DNA of 64,000 bases from an uncultured virus (IMG/VR IMGVR_UViG_3300028048_001604) (taxonomy: Duplodnaviria > Heunggongvirae > Uroviricota > Caudoviricetes). The stretch is taken from the IMG/VR virus record IMGVR_UViG_3300028048_001604; one strand, written 5' to 3'. This document shows positions 30,245 through 40,808 of this stretch, in pieces; positions within the stretch are counted from its first letter, which is position 1, and each line of letters begins with the position of its first letter. The notes under the pieces were generated by a model that saw only the letters and a list, made by a program, of their open reading frames with translations, was not told the DNA's origin and did not search any database. A program made the translations under genes and the position numbers.

Positions 30245-31150
30245 TTACTTCACAACAGATTCAACACCGATATACCCATTCTGTGCCACAGAATATGTAA
30301 CTTTAACAGTGCTACCCACGGTGACTGCATCGTATGCAGATTTACTGCAAAAATAAGAACAAACTGCATCGCCATCATTTATGTTTAGCTCTAAATCATA
30401 TACAAGTGAGTTACCTACTACATAAGTCTTTTTTGAAGAAACTATTGCAGATGCTTTCTGTGGAGATGCATAGCTGACTGTACCAGCATTAACCTCTGTA
30501 ATACTTTCGCCTGAAGTAGAATTACCCTCGGTTTGAGTAGAATCTTGAGAATACGTGTTGCTCTGAGTCTTGGTACTACCCTGTACATTGGTGTTTGTGC
30601 TAGTGTTACTTTTAGCCTGCGTACTACCATTTACACTAGAATTACCCTGTTGGGTTTGAGTAATTGGAGTTGTAGTCTGCTGAGGTGTAGTACCTTTAGG
30701 TTTTAATGCTCCTGATATTAAACTTATAACTATGGCTACTACAATAAGTAAGCCTGCTATAAGTAAACCAACAGATTTATACCCTAATTTGAGTTTGTTT
30801 TCTCCATTAGGGTTATTACTACCAATGTTTTCAGTCTGCTCTGCTTGGCTTTGAGTATTTCCAACCGTATTAAAGTTAAAAGTTTGGTCTGCGTTCTCAA
30901 AAGAACTACCCAAATTTGGACTGTTCCAAAAGTCTGCACTACTATTACTCTGAGCCGTGTTCTCTGCAGGACTACCCGAATTGGGGCTGCTCCAAAAGTC
31001 TGCATTGTTATTATTTTGGGCTGGGTCTGTAGTACCAAAAGTCCAGTCATCATTACTAGACGGGGTAGATAATGTTTCTACCCCGTCTTCATTAGGTATC
31101 ATAGGTACGAAGTTATCATCTTCTAAATCATCATAGAAGTTGTCACTCAT
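30245..31150 (-). CDS. Single-TM protein with disordered N-terminus and C-terminal beta (OB-like) domain
   Basis: Repeated ADFW(S/N)SPN, central TM, T/Q/S linker, YDAVTVGSTVKVTY. Confidence 0.7.
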   Translation of the reverse strand: MSDNFYDDLEDDNFVPMIPNEDGVETLSTPSSNDDWTFGTTDPAQNNNNADFWSSPNSGSPAENTAQSNSSADFWNSPNLGSSFENADQTFNFNTVGNTQSQAEQTENIGSNNPNGENKLKLGYKSVGLLIAGLLIVVAIVISLISGALKPKGTTPQQTTTPITQTQQGNSSVNGSTQAKSNTSTNTNVQGSTKTQSNTYSQDSTQTEGNSTSGESITEVNAGTVSYASPQKASAIVSSKKTYVVGNSLVYDLELNINDGDAVCSYFCSKSAYDAVTVGSTVKVTYSVAQNGYIGVESVVK

Positions 31151-31165
31151 AAGCGTACCTCCTGA

Positions 31166-32104
31166 TTACTTTTCAAGAGCCTCAAGAACATCAACCTTTA
31201 CTACTTCATAAGTAGACTTATTGAACGGCTTAAGGGCAACTGAAAGATTACCCTCGGAATCCTTTTCTACAAGAGCGAAGTAATTATCCGTATCTACATA
31301 TCCGATACCTGCCTTCTTACCCTTTACAAGGCTTTCAGCAGACTTATGATAGGTCTCACGGATAATCTTGGAAGCTGTTTTCTTTGTTCTTACATCTGTA
31401 AGAGTTTCTGTAAGAGCATTGTGCTGCTTGATGAACTGAACAGGAGTCTGGCAAGTCTTGAGGTCATCAATAAACTTAGCCTCAGCCTGGTTATACAGAA
31501 TCTTTGTATATTCTGTACCATCTGTACGAACAAGAGCGTCAGCAGAAAGACGAAGTGCAGTCTCCTGCGTTGCAACAAATACAACTTCATCATCTCTGAT
31601 AGATGCTACAAAGGAAGTTGCAGATGGGTTGATTGTGAAGTGAACCTTATACCCTGCCCCTGCCTTATCGCAAAGACCATCAAGAATTGCATTAAGCTCC
31701 TCAACATTTTCCTTTGCAACTGTATTAAGAAGTGCAGATGTAAGAGAATCGATAAATGCTGAACCAATATTCTCTACCGCATTATCGGTAATTCCAATAC
31801 TGTATGTATTCTTAAATGATACAGATGCGTTTCTGCGTGACTTGATTGTAAGGGAGAATACATTTCCACCTGCATAGTCAACAGATACAACATGGTCTGG
31901 AATTGCAAAACCTGCAACTGGAGCCTTAACGATTGCGTCTACTGCTGCTACTTCTTCATCAATAAGGTCAAAGCACTTCTGTACATCACCAACTGCTCCT
32001 ACGATAGCATTAACATTGGCAACCTTACCACGATTTGCAATACCCTCTTTTGCCTTTGCAGTCATTTCTCTAACTGCGGAATGAGCTACTGTGCTTGTAA
32101 TCAT
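31166..32104 (-). CDS. Hypothetical protein (312 aa)
   Basis: AAGGAGGT RBS; long ORF. Confidence 0.75.
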   Translation of the reverse strand: MITSTVAHSAVREMTAKAKEGIANRGKVANVNAIVGAVGDVQKCFDLIDEEVAAVDAIVKAPVAGFAIPDHVVSVDYAGGNVFSLTIKSRRNASVSFKNTYSIGITDNAVENIGSAFIDSLTSALLNTVAKENVEELNAILDGLCDKAGAGYKVHFTINPSATSFVASIRDDEVVFVATQETALRLSADALVRTDGTEYTKILYNQAEAKFIDDLKTCQTPVQFIKQHNALTETLTDVRTKKTASKIIRETYHKSAESLVKGKKAGIGYVDTDNYFALVEKDSEGNLSVALKPFNKSTYEVVKVDVLEALEK

Positions 32105-32174
32105 TTAATTACCTCCTTATTAAATATATTATTATGATTACTTTATATAAATCTGGGAATACCCAAGTTTATAA

Positions 32175-33566
32175 CTACTTCTTCCTGCTAAACAAATTAG
32201 CAAGTTTTTCTACTGACTTATTTGATAATACCCTGTTTATTGCCTTGTTTGTTGCGTCTACCAAGGCATCTGCAGACTGTTCAGATTTTCTACGTTTAGG
32301 TTTTCTCTCTTCCTTTGCTTGAATAAATGAGTTTTCACTTAAACTATTTATTTCTGGACTACTAAAGAAACCTTTTGAATCTACATCATCTTCATCTTCA
32401 TCAATATCGTCATCGTAGTCTACCGAATCGTCTTCATCTTCGTCTTCATCAATATCAGAATCATCTTCTAGGTCTTCTTCATCGTCATAATCTACGGAAT
32501 CGTCTTCATCATCAACATCATCTTCTGATTCTGTATCTTCTAGGTCTTCTTCATCATCGTCATAGTCTAGACTATCCTCTGATTCCGTATCCTCTAAATC
32601 TTCATCAATATCGGAATCATCTTCTAGGTCTTCTTCATCGTCAGAATCATCAATACCCGAATCGTCTTCTAGGTCTTCGTCTATATCAGAATCATCTTCT
32701 AGGTCTTCATCTATATCAGAATCATCTTCTAGGTCTTCATCTATATCAGAATCATCTTCTAGGTCTTCGTCAATATCAGGCTCTGCAAACTCATCATCTT
32801 CATCGTCAATAGAATCATCTTCTAGGTCAGAATCATCATCTGCCTCAGCAAATTCATCATCATCGTCATCAAGATATTCTACTTCTTCGGAATCATCGTC
32901 TGCCTCAGCGAACTCATCATCTGAATCATCTGAATCGTCGATAGAATCTGTATCTTCTAGGTCAGAATCATCATCTGCCTCAGCAAATTCATCGTCTGAA
33001 TCATCTTCCTCAGCAAATTCATCATCTTCAAGATTATCGGAATCATCTGCCTCAGCAAATTCATCATCTGAGTCACTATCATCAATTTCTTCTAATTCAG
33101 AAAAATCTTCATCTGACGTTTCATCATAATCTGAATCCTCTGATATACCCAAAGACGTTAAGAGATTGTCGGAATACCCTTCGTTTGATAGGTTCATTTG
33201 AGATACAAAATCTGCTAGTAATTCACCTGATACAGTTTTAATAGGTGTATTAGGTAATGTACCTGCGTCTGTAGGAGTAGACTCTAGAGAATTATATACC
33301 TTATTCCATTCTTCTTCATACTCTTTCTTGAATTTTTCACTTAAAAATTCAGATACAGACAACTCGGTAAAGCCATGTAAATCGTATATAACAGTATTAG
33401 AGTCTGCACCCATTAAAATATGATTAAACTCTAGGTACTGTGTCAACTTATCGATTTCCCATAGCAACTCGTCTTTCGGTACATCGAATCGTACATCTAG
33501 GTAAATTCCATTCTGTTGAAGTCGGCTATTCAGTTTTTCAAGATAACTAACATAGTTACTTAACAT
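32175..33566 (-). CDS. Extremely acidic repeat protein (start refined to ATG 33566)
   Basis: DDEFAEAD and DEDLEDDSDI repeats; basic C-terminus; the promoter lies inside the track's 5' extension. Confidence 0.75.
   Translation of the reverse strand: MLSNYVSYLEKLNSRLQQNGIYLDVRFDVPKDELLWEIDKLTQYLEFNHILMGADSNTVIYDLHGFTELSVSEFLSEKFKKEYEEEWNKVYNSLESTPTDAGTLPNTPIKTVSGELLADFVSQMNLSNEGYSDNLLTSLGISEDSDYDETSDEDFSELEEIDDSDSDDEFAEADDSDNLEDDEFAEEDDSDDEFAEADDDSDLEDTDSIDDSDDSDDEFAEADDDSEEVEYLDDDDDEFAEADDDSDLEDDSIDDEDDEFAEPDIDEDLEDDSDIDEDLEDDSDIDEDLEDDSDIDEDLEDDSGIDDSDDEEDLEDDSDIDEDLEDTESEDSLDYDDDEEDLEDTESEDDVDDEDDSVDYDDEEDLEDDSDIDEDEDEDDSVDYDDDIDEDEDDVDSKGFFSSPEINSLSENSFIQAKEERKPKRRKSEQSADALVDATNKAINRVLSNKSVEKLANLFSRKK
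32659..32779. repeat. 30-bp in-frame tandem repeat (~4 copies) encoding DIDEDLEDDS
   Basis: gaatcatcttctaggtcttcatctatatca repeated. Confidence 0.9.
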
Positions 33567-33592
33567 TTGACATAATACCCCTACTTTTACAC

Positions 33593-33621
33593 ATTGTAAC
33601 ACATATCTGCATTATTGTCAA
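33593..33621 (-). promoter_or_regulatory. Sigma-A promoter TTGACA-17-TACAAT
   Basis: The minus strand reads ttgaca ataatgcagatatgtgt tacaat. Confidence 0.75.
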
Positions 33622-33642
33622 TAGCATATGCAAAAAACTTTA

Positions 33643-34392
33643 TCAAACTGGTCGATTTAATTCAGCATTTGATAGCTCTTTTATACAATGTATAACTTTC
33701 TTACAATATGCTGCCCCATCTTTTTCATAGAAAACTTTATCTACAATAGACTTGATAGTACCATTTTCAACAATAAATACTACTTTCCTGTCTGTGATAC
33801 TATCATAATCATACCCATTTAGCAGACTAGCATCTGCATTTGCATCTACACTAATATATGTTTTACCGTCTGATTCAATACCCGATTTGGTATCAGACAT
33901 TGGAATATATGTATTACCTACTGTAGACATAAAAAAGTTTGATACAGAGTTATCTGCTGTATCATAAGTTAAAGACTTTACAGTACCCGATGCCTCTACC
34001 CATGTATCGCCAACTTTTTTACTGTGATATTCATTCTGCTTATCGTTGAAATACTCCTCAGAAGAAGTACCTGAGGAGTCATCAGTTTTTATAGCAATAT
34101 ACTCACGTTTATTCTTGGTGTCTACTTGTAGGTCTGTCTCTTTTTGAGCATAAATCTCACATTCAGTTGCGTCTGTTATTTCTGTGCATATAAGCATATC
34201 AATATAAGAGTAGCTTGAAAGCGAGTCGCAAGATACCCTAGAAATCTCTACATTCTTTTCTGTTTCTGCATAATCTTTAAATTTAAAGTCTGTACTACCC
34301 TTTGCATAAACTGTATTACCCGTTGATATGCAGGCTACACAAATCAATGGTAAAATTTTAATAATCTTTTTCATGCTATAAAACCTTCCCAT
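33643..34392 (-). CDS. Secreted protein
   Basis: MKKIIK signal peptide with VYA|K cleavage site; beta-rich body. Confidence 0.7.
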   Translation of the reverse strand: MGRFYSMKKIIKILPLICVACISTGNTVYAKGSTDFKFKDYAETEKNVEISRVSCDSLSSYSYIDMLICTEITDATECEIYAQKETDLQVDTKNKREYIAIKTDDSSGTSSEEYFNDKQNEYHSKKVGDTWVEASGTVKSLTYDTADNSVSNFFMSTVGNTYIPMSDTKSGIESDGKTYISVDANADASLLNGYDYDSITDRKVVFIVENGTIKSIVDKVFYEKDGAAYCKKVIHCIKELSNAELNRPV

Positions 34393-34413
34393 ACGTTATT
34401 TACCTTGAAATTT

Positions 34414-35703
34414 CTATAAATCTACAAATCCTGTAGGTACTTCTGGCATACTTACAGAGGACTGAAATGCAGAAATTTTTAAGCCTGTATAATTTGGGAA
34501 AATCTCGGGGTTAGAAATCATCATGTCATGGACACGTTTTCTTAGGCTTGTACCCATGATAAACTTGTATGTATCAATATAATTATAAAACATACTTACT
34601 AAAGATTCAATGCTAGGATTCGTTACTTTGTCATTACCAGTTAACTGTACATATGCCTTATACAACTTTTCATAGTCAGTAATGTTACCCAAATACTTGT
34701 AAAGGGTATTAAATACGTTATCTAAATCTACCCTGATATAGGACATATTTACGTCTTCTACCGAAAGTTTGCGTATCTTATATACCCTAGATACGTTTAA
34801 GGCTCTTACACCAGTCTCGTCATAGATACTAGCACCAAACTCTGGCAATCTAGCATAGCCTCTAGTTACATTTTGTGGTAACATCATACCACCTTGATTA
34901 ACTGAGCCTATATCTGTATTTCTCATAACCTTGTCAGCAAACTCGGTATCATAATACTTTGCAATAAGGTCATGGTTCAGAGTAGATACTAATACCCTAT
35001 CTTCTCCTGCGTCTTTCTTGTATGTGAACTCTAGCAAATCTGTATCTAAAATAGACTTAAACCCTTGCATAAAAGCATAAGTCATACAGATTGGAATACA
35101 ACTCATTTTTGTAACGTCAACTGCTTTTCTAATAGTACTAACTCCGTTACCCTTTTGTACAGAATAAGTTGGCTTTACAAATCTGATAAGATGCTCGTCA
35201 TATTCTCCTGCAATATATTTTACCTTTGCAGAATACTTTGCCTGACATTCTTCTTCTGACATACCCAACCATAAAGCAAGCAACTTCATATTCTTTGTTG
35301 CTAAATACTTATCATAGGTATTGTGTCCAGAACCATCACGCATTTTTGCGTACTTTGGAATCTCAATATAGCAGATACTAGTACTGAGTAGATAATCGTA
35401 AAACATTTGCTTAATTTCAACTGGGTCTCCAATGTCTACTGAATACCCTTGGGTTTCTAGGAATGGTGCCAAAATAGATACAATCTCCTGTACCATTGTT
35501 TTAGACTCATCTGCAATACCACCAAGCTGTGCAAAGTCTAATACGCCTGCCTTACGCTGATAGTCTTTTGCAAAAATTGCAAATGGCTTAAGATTTTTAC
35601 CCAATGTATAGCATACTTTACTAGCCATCTGCATAAATTCATTAGATATGGCAAAATTTTTAGGCTCAAAGTCTAAACCATAAATATCAACTAGATTTGA
35701 CAT
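34414..35703 (-). CDS. Hypothetical protein with a possible WYL_2/SH3-like domain
   Basis: LEFTYKKDAGEDRVLVSTLN...GVRALNVSRV resembles the WYL_2 pattern (inference). Confidence 0.6.
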   Translation of the reverse strand: MSNLVDIYGLDFEPKNFAISNEFMQMASKVCYTLGKNLKPFAIFAKDYQRKAGVLDFAQLGGIADESKTMVQEIVSILAPFLETQGYSVDIGDPVEIKQMFYDYLLSTSICYIEIPKYAKMRDGSGHNTYDKYLATKNMKLLALWLGMSEEECQAKYSAKVKYIAGEYDEHLIRFVKPTYSVQKGNGVSTIRKAVDVTKMSCIPICMTYAFMQGFKSILDTDLLEFTYKKDAGEDRVLVSTLNHDLIAKYYDTEFADKVMRNTDIGSVNQGGMMLPQNVTRGYARLPEFGASIYDETGVRALNVSRVYKIRKLSVEDVNMSYIRVDLDNVFNTLYKYLGNITDYEKLYKAYVQLTGNDKVTNPSIESLVSMFYNYIDTYKFIMGTSLRKRVHDMMISNPEIFPNYTGLKISAFQSSVSMPEVPTGFVDL

Positions 35704-35706
35704 AAA

Positions 35707-37101
35707 CTAAATCCTCCAAAAATCATCAATTAAATCTTGTAAATTACCTGTATATCTTTTTGCGAAACGTCTATGCTCTATTTCAGTTTCGGTTAAGAGC
35801 ATACCCTTTACACTTTTGTATTCTAGTGAGTGTTCAAGCATATCATATGGGAAATCAGATAGCTGGTCTACAGGAATATCGTAGAACTCATCATCAGAAT
35901 AGATAAATCTTACAGACCTAATGATGCCCTCGTAGGTTAAAGCTACCGCCTCTTTTAATACCCTTGAATTATTCTCAGTTTCCTTAAACTTCTTGGATAA
36001 TTCTGGTTCTACATAACTTTCTAAATCGAACTTGGCAATGGGTGGCTCTTCTTCAGCCTCATCAAGTTCTTCATTATTCTCGATAGGTTCTTCATTATTC
36101 TCGATAGGTTCTTCATTATTCTCGATAGGTTCTTCGCTACCCTTGTTTGGCTCCACACTACTAGGCTCGTCTTCAAAATCTAAGATAGGTTCTTCACCGT
36201 CTAAAACATCATCAAAATTAATGCTGTCTGATACACAATCGAAATTAGGATTATCTGATACATCGCTGAAATTAGAGCCGTCAGATGTATTCTCAGAAGT
36301 AGTATCGTCTAAAAAGTCTAATTTCTGCACATTCATAGATTCGACTTTCATCTCTAAATGCTCTTTAATTGATTTAATGAGAGCAGGAATATCTAGATTG
36401 CTGACTGTGAGCGACATTGTCTCTGCCTTACCATTTATCTCCGTAATATCATATGTTAATAAATTGTTATCAGTAAAGGAAGTAGAACTCTTAAAAGAAA
36501 AGCCGTCATATTCATAAATATATTCAGTACCCTTGATGTGTTTAATATTGATACTAGTATCAGAACCATATGTCTGCTCTAGCAAGAAATGATATGTGTT
36601 GTCATTATAAATTAAATTACCATCGCTAGAATATCTGACTTCAACCTTTGGTTCAGTACCCTGAAGCAGTCTTACGATAAAGTAATCGTTATCTATTTTC
36701 TTAATTACCTGGATAGACCTAGTTTGGTCTCCTAATACCCTGAAGTATGCAAAAGCCGTAGATTTTGTAGACTTCATAGTATCATAAATAATTGAAATAC
36801 CTAAAATCTGACTGAAACTCAAAGCTATCGGTCTTGCCTGTTTAAGAAATACATTATTTAACCAAGTGTATTTCTTGACGTGGAATTCAAAGTCTCCCAT
36901 GCTATCATAGGAATAAGTACCCTCACTCGTAATGAGTTTGAACTGCTGGTCTCTTGCCGAAAAACCTAGTCTTAAATCTAAGCCTTCTTTTGACACGATT
37001 ACAAGTGCCTGATTTGCATTGGTCTTACTTGTTTTGATTGAATACCCATTGGCTTTAAAGACCTGTTCTATTTTAACTAACGCCTCTGTTGCATAAATCA
37101 T
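35707..37101 (-). CDS. Hypothetical protein with acidic linker
   Basis: 464-aa ORF; contains EEPIENN repeats. Confidence 0.7.
   Translation of the reverse strand: MIYATEALVKIEQVFKANGYSIKTSKTNANQALVIVSKEGLDLRLGFSARDQQFKLITSEGTYSYDSMGDFEFHVKKYTWLNNVFLKQARPIALSFSQILGISIIYDTMKSTKSTAFAYFRVLGDQTRSIQVIKKIDNDYFIVRLLQGTEPKVEVRYSSDGNLIYNDNTYHFLLEQTYGSDTSINIKHIKGTEYIYEYDGFSFKSSTSFTDNNLLTYDITEINGKAETMSLTVSNLDIPALIKSIKEHLEMKVESMNVQKLDFLDDTTSENTSDGSNFSDVSDNPNFDCVSDSINFDDVLDGEEPILDFEDEPSSVEPNKGSEEPIENNEEPIENNEEPIENNEELDEAEEEPPIAKFDLESYVEPELSKKFKETENNSRVLKEAVALTYEGIIRSVRFIYSDDEFYDIPVDQLSDFPYDMLEHSLEYKSVKGMLLTETEIEHRRFAKRYTGNLQDLIDDFWRI
36066..36135. repeat. 21-bp in-frame tandem repeat x3 (EEPIENN)
   Basis: gttcttcattattctcgatag occurs three times. 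Confidence 0.9.
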
Positions 37102-37117
37102 TTAAACTGTCACCACC

Positions 37118-38320
37118 TTAATGCCTTGTATATTTAATTGAAAAGTTATCTGCTAACCTTGTTAAAAAGTAACTCATTTCACCACGGCTAACCTCACGTA
37201 AGGGGTTTAAGTAGCCTCCTTCGAAATAGAAAAGGTCTAATACCCCTAATTCTATTAGGCTCATAATCATTGGTAACGGGATTGGTGCTTTACCATTCTT
37301 GATTAGTTTTAGATAGTTCTTCATAGACAGTTTTTCGCCTGAACTCTGTACCAAATAATCCTTGATATTAAGCCTTACTGCTCCTGTTTCATTACGAAGA
37401 ACTCCAATATTATAAGATTCTATGTCTTTGAACATAGATGCAACGTCTGCTGGGTGTAACCAATCGAAATTGATACCCAATTCAAATGCTCCACCAAAAA
37501 GAGCGTCATACTTTTCTAAGAAGCGTCTCCAACAAAGTACAGTAATATATGCTAATTCTAGCCTAGTAACTGGCTGTAATAATTCTTCCTTGGTGTAAAG
37601 ATTGTAAAATGGGCTAGAATACCCATTTACGCACTCTTGATACCCCTCGTTGAAATAATCATTTACATTACTAACCTTGTCTATTGATTCTTTACGCTCT
37701 CTGTTACTATTTGCACCAAACTTAATAGCTGTAAAGCCGTCTAGTAGTTCGGCAATAGGAACTACCCCATTTGGGTTGAAATAATGTATACCATCTTTCT
37801 CCTGAACAACCATAGTGTTTGTACCTACAATCAATGGAATGGTTGGAGTATAGAAAGCATCGTATGGTACGTCTACAGTCTTTGTTAAAGGATTTTCCTT
37901 ATTAAACATATCAGTAGCAATATCCCTTAAATAATCGTCGAGGACGGGGATGCTAACAATGTCTCTAAAAGAAGTACCAATCTTCAACTCTGGAATCTGA
38001 CTTAATTGAGTTCTACTATCAAGTGTATAGTTATAAATACGACTTAAAGGAATAAACTCACTATTATCCTTTAAAACAATAGCACCTAAAGGATTTTGTT
38101 CAAACTGCTCTGCAAGGAACTTCTGCTCCTCGGTTACTTTATTGTCTACCCCCTTGATACTAAATTCTGTAAGGTTTGAATTTTTATATTTATCAATTTC
38201 ATAAGGGTCTAGACGAATATTTACAGAATCTGTACCAGTTGTAAGCATTGTTCTGTTTACTACGGGCTGAGATACCCCTTTATTGACTGACTTAATTACC
38301 TCTCCAAACATAAGCAACAC
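37118..38320 (-). CDS. Protein with SLH (S-layer homology)-like motifs
   Basis: QPVTRLELAYI and GGYLNPLREVSRGEMSYFLTR resemble the SLH P...TRAE motif; no signal peptide seen. Confidence 0.55.
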   Translation of the reverse strand: MLLMFGEVIKSVNKGVSQPVVNRTMLTTGTDSVNIRLDPYEIDKYKNSNLTEFSIKGVDNKVTEEQKFLAEQFEQNPLGAIVLKDNSEFIPLSRIYNYTLDSRTQLSQIPELKIGTSFRDIVSIPVLDDYLRDIATDMFNKENPLTKTVDVPYDAFYTPTIPLIVGTNTMVVQEKDGIHYFNPNGVVPIAELLDGFTAIKFGANSNRERKESIDKVSNVNDYFNEGYQECVNGYSSPFYNLYTKEELLQPVTRLELAYITVLCWRRFLEKYDALFGGAFELGINFDWLHPADVASMFKDIESYNIGVLRNETGAVRLNIKDYLVQSSGEKLSMKNYLKLIKNGKAPIPLPMIMSLIELGVLDLFYFEGGYLNPLREVSRGEMSYFLTRLADNFSIKYTRH

Positions 38321-38938
38321 CTACCTTGTTAATAGACTATATACAAACTTCTCTTTAGAGTTAAGGTTTAGAGAACCTAACTGAGTCTTGATGTTTTCTA
38401 CCAAATCCTTATAGTAATCGTCTGATAAAGCAATACCCGTAAGTTCTTTGTACTTTTTAGTGTTCTTAAGGCTTAAACAAATCAGCTCTGGGTAGATGTT
38501 TCCTCGCATATCTTTAAATGTGCCTGTACCATTATTCTTACCAATTACAGTATATAAATCGCAAAGGAATCTACGATAAGTTCCGTCTGGCTTAATGTCT
38601 ACCCTGATATGTGTAATTACGGTACATCTATTAATATCAATAACAATACCCTTGTGGCTTTTGCAGAATCGCTTTACCATATCTTCGGTCTGCTCGCCTT
38701 CTAATTTACTACTCATAAGGCTATTAAAGTGACCTGTTGCAATATTACTATATTCTGGCATACAAAACTTTGAATGAATATCCAATGGATAAATAAGTTC
38801 TACCCTTGTATAGTCTAGGTTGTTATTTTCGTCTAGATGTCGTACCGCAGTAATATTGCAATACAGACCAATGTCTCCTTCTACGCTAATTCCTGCTCTA
38901 AAATGTGCTTTGTTTCCTTTTGTTACTTTATACCTCAT
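38321..38938 (-). CDS. Hypothetical protein
   Basis: ORF in a tightly packed operon with GGAG RBS. Confidence 0.7.
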   Translation of the reverse strand: MRYKVTKGNKAHFRAGISVEGDIGLYCNITAVRHLDENNNLDYTRVELIYPLDIHSKFCMPEYSNIATGHFNSLMSSKLEGEQTEDMVKRFCKSHKGIVIDINRCTVITHIRVDIKPDGTYRRFLCDLYTVIGKNNGTGTFKDMRGNIYPELICLSLKNTKKYKELTGIALSDDYYKDLVENIKTQLGSLNLNSKEKFVYSLLTR

Positions 38939-38949
38939 TATTCTGTCTC

Positions 38950-39921
38950 CTATCTTGAATATACCGTCTCCATAGGGTCTACCCCATCTAATGATACTAA
39001 AGGATAATATGTGATGCGGTTTACAGTAATACCTCCACCTATTATTTTGAGTTTGTACTTTTGAACATCAAACTCTGATACAAATTCGCCTGATATATGT
39101 ATATCTGGTATAGTTTCACCACTAAAATAGTCAATCGCTTTAGCATACTTATCAAATACATAATCATATTTAGGTGGGCAAATATATCTATCCGCTTTAT
39201 AATTAATAAAACCTACCCGAACATCATAATCTGGTTTTGTAAATTTTCTTATTAAAATATCTATTTCTTTATCTATCTGTTTTTCATGTTTATCGTATAG
39301 TTTTGCCCAGTCTACGCAGGTTTTAGTTAAAGGCAATATTCTACCCGAAAGGATTAAAGGTAAATATACCTTATCTAAATTTGCGTCTTTATCTGGCAAG
39401 AATAAACTCTTATTGTTGATGTACGATGCACCTATTTTACCCTTTAAATATGTTAACATTATATCCATAAAAGAGGAACTAGATTTACCTGCCGCAACTT
39501 TATACGAAGTTAAAACAAATTCTTCCTCGGTTAGAACTACCCTAAATGGGATAGTGTGTCCTCTTCGTACCGAATACGTTAAAGCATATCTGATTACATT
39601 TTCTGCGAAAATTGCGTCACCAACTAATCTGGTTATTTCACGTAATTCCTCATATTCAGAGGGAAGTACATCTGCTATGTATTTATATTCTAAACTACTT
39701 CTAGCTCTTGTAGCCTCAACACCTAAATAGTAGTACTTTACCAGTTCGGGGTAATATGCTTCAAGAGTTTTATAGAACTCGCTTATATTCAATTTGCAAT
39801 AAGTATCGTTAAACCCTTGTTCCGTTAAGTATGTACATATCTTATTATATCTGTAAATGTAGCTTGCACATACCCAACGAGAATAAGCATCTCTACCTGG
39901 TATACCCATTTTATGCTCCAC
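38950..39921 (-). CDS. Hypothetical protein
   Basis: 323-aa ORF overlapping the upstream stop. Confidence 0.7.
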   Translation of the reverse strand: MEHKMGIPGRDAYSRWVCASYIYRYNKICTYLTEQGFNDTYCKLNISEFYKTLEAYYPELVKYYYLGVEATRARSSLEYKYIADVLPSEYEELREITRLVGDAIFAENVIRYALTYSVRRGHTIPFRVVLTEEEFVLTSYKVAAGKSSSSFMDIMLTYLKGKIGASYINNKSLFLPDKDANLDKVYLPLILSGRILPLTKTCVDWAKLYDKHEKQIDKEIDILIRKFTKPDYDVRVGFINYKADRYICPPKYDYVFDKYAKAIDYFSGETIPDIHISGEFVSEFDVQKYKLKIIGGGITVNRITYYPLVSLDGVDPMETVYSR

Positions 39922-40291
39922 TCATTAAACTACCTACATCAGTACCCTCTGGATATACGTATATCTGTTGCATATATGCATGCCCGTCTTGAGTACCCTT
40001 CTTTGATAGTGCTCGTACAATCTTTGTACTCATAGCCTGACTTATTACTGAAACTACTGGTTTTTTACATTTGCTTTGAATAAAAGGCTGGTCTTTACCC
40101 TTGTAGATAAACAACTGAGCTTTTGCACCGTCACATAATATAGATACAATAGGTAAATCTAGCATACCATCAAGGTCTCTAGGCGTGACTTCATGTGTGC
40201 CTGACTGCATACCCATAGTATCGAATTCATATACGATACCGTCTTCTATGATACAACAAGTTGTAGGACTTAAATGTTTGTATCTTAACAT
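39911..40291 (-). CDS. Hypothetical protein
   Basis: AGGAGG RBS; first gene after a promoter. Confidence 0.7.
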   Translation of the reverse strand: MLRYKHLSPTTCCIIEDGIVYEFDTMGMQSGTHEVTPRDLDGMLDLPIVSILCDGAKAQLFIYKGKDQPFIQSKCKKPVVSVISQAMSTKIVRALSKKGTQDGHAYMQQIYVYPEGTDVGSLMSGA

Positions 40292-40318
40292 AAATTCCTC
40301 CTATCTATAACTAGATAT

Positions 40319-40365
40319 ATTATAACATAAAACACAAAAAAAGTCAACCGATTTCTCGGCTGACT
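40319..40365 (-). promoter_or_regulatory. Sigma-A promoter TTGACT-17-TATAAT whose -35 overlaps the upstream terminator hairpin
   Basis: -10 at 40319-24, -35 at 40342-47; hairpin agtcagccg/cggttgact followed by a U-tract. Confidence 0.75.
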
Positions 40366-40370
40366 CCTAG

Positions 40371-40808
40371 TTACTTCAATAAAATTGATAACAACTTTTT
40401 ACAATCCGAAAGGTTATTGCTAATATCTCTTACTAGAACTCCTGTTTTTATCTCCCCTTTACTTCGCAATAGACCATTATGACTATACAATTCGATAGCT
40501 GTTGTAACTTTGAATTGATTGAAACCTAATTGTTCTGCCACACTAGAAGAAATATCAAACTGACCTTTGTTAGTCTTGATGCGATACCCTACTACCCTGT
40601 TCTTGCTACGAAGTAAAACTGCTCTAGCGGAAGTGATACCCTCTGGCAGGTGGCTTGCTATACTCTGCGTAGATTCAATACTATCTGCATTACAAAACAA
40701 TTCTTCATCATCTTCGTCTGCTTCAAAAAATTCGCCTTGGAATTCAGATGTACTTTCTCTTCTAGCTTTTTCAGCATTGATACTTTTTAATAGTTCACTG
40801 CCATTCAT
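40371..40808 (-). CDS. Hypothetical protein
   Basis: GAGGAG RBS; coupled to the upstream gene. Confidence 0.7.
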   Translation of the reverse strand: MNGSELLKSINAEKARRESTSEFQGEFFEADEDDEELFCNADSIESTQSIASHLPEGITSARAVLLRSKNRVVGYRIKTNKGQFDISSSVAEQLGFNQFKVTTAIELYSHNGLLRSKGEIKTGVLVRDISNNLSDCKKLLSILLK

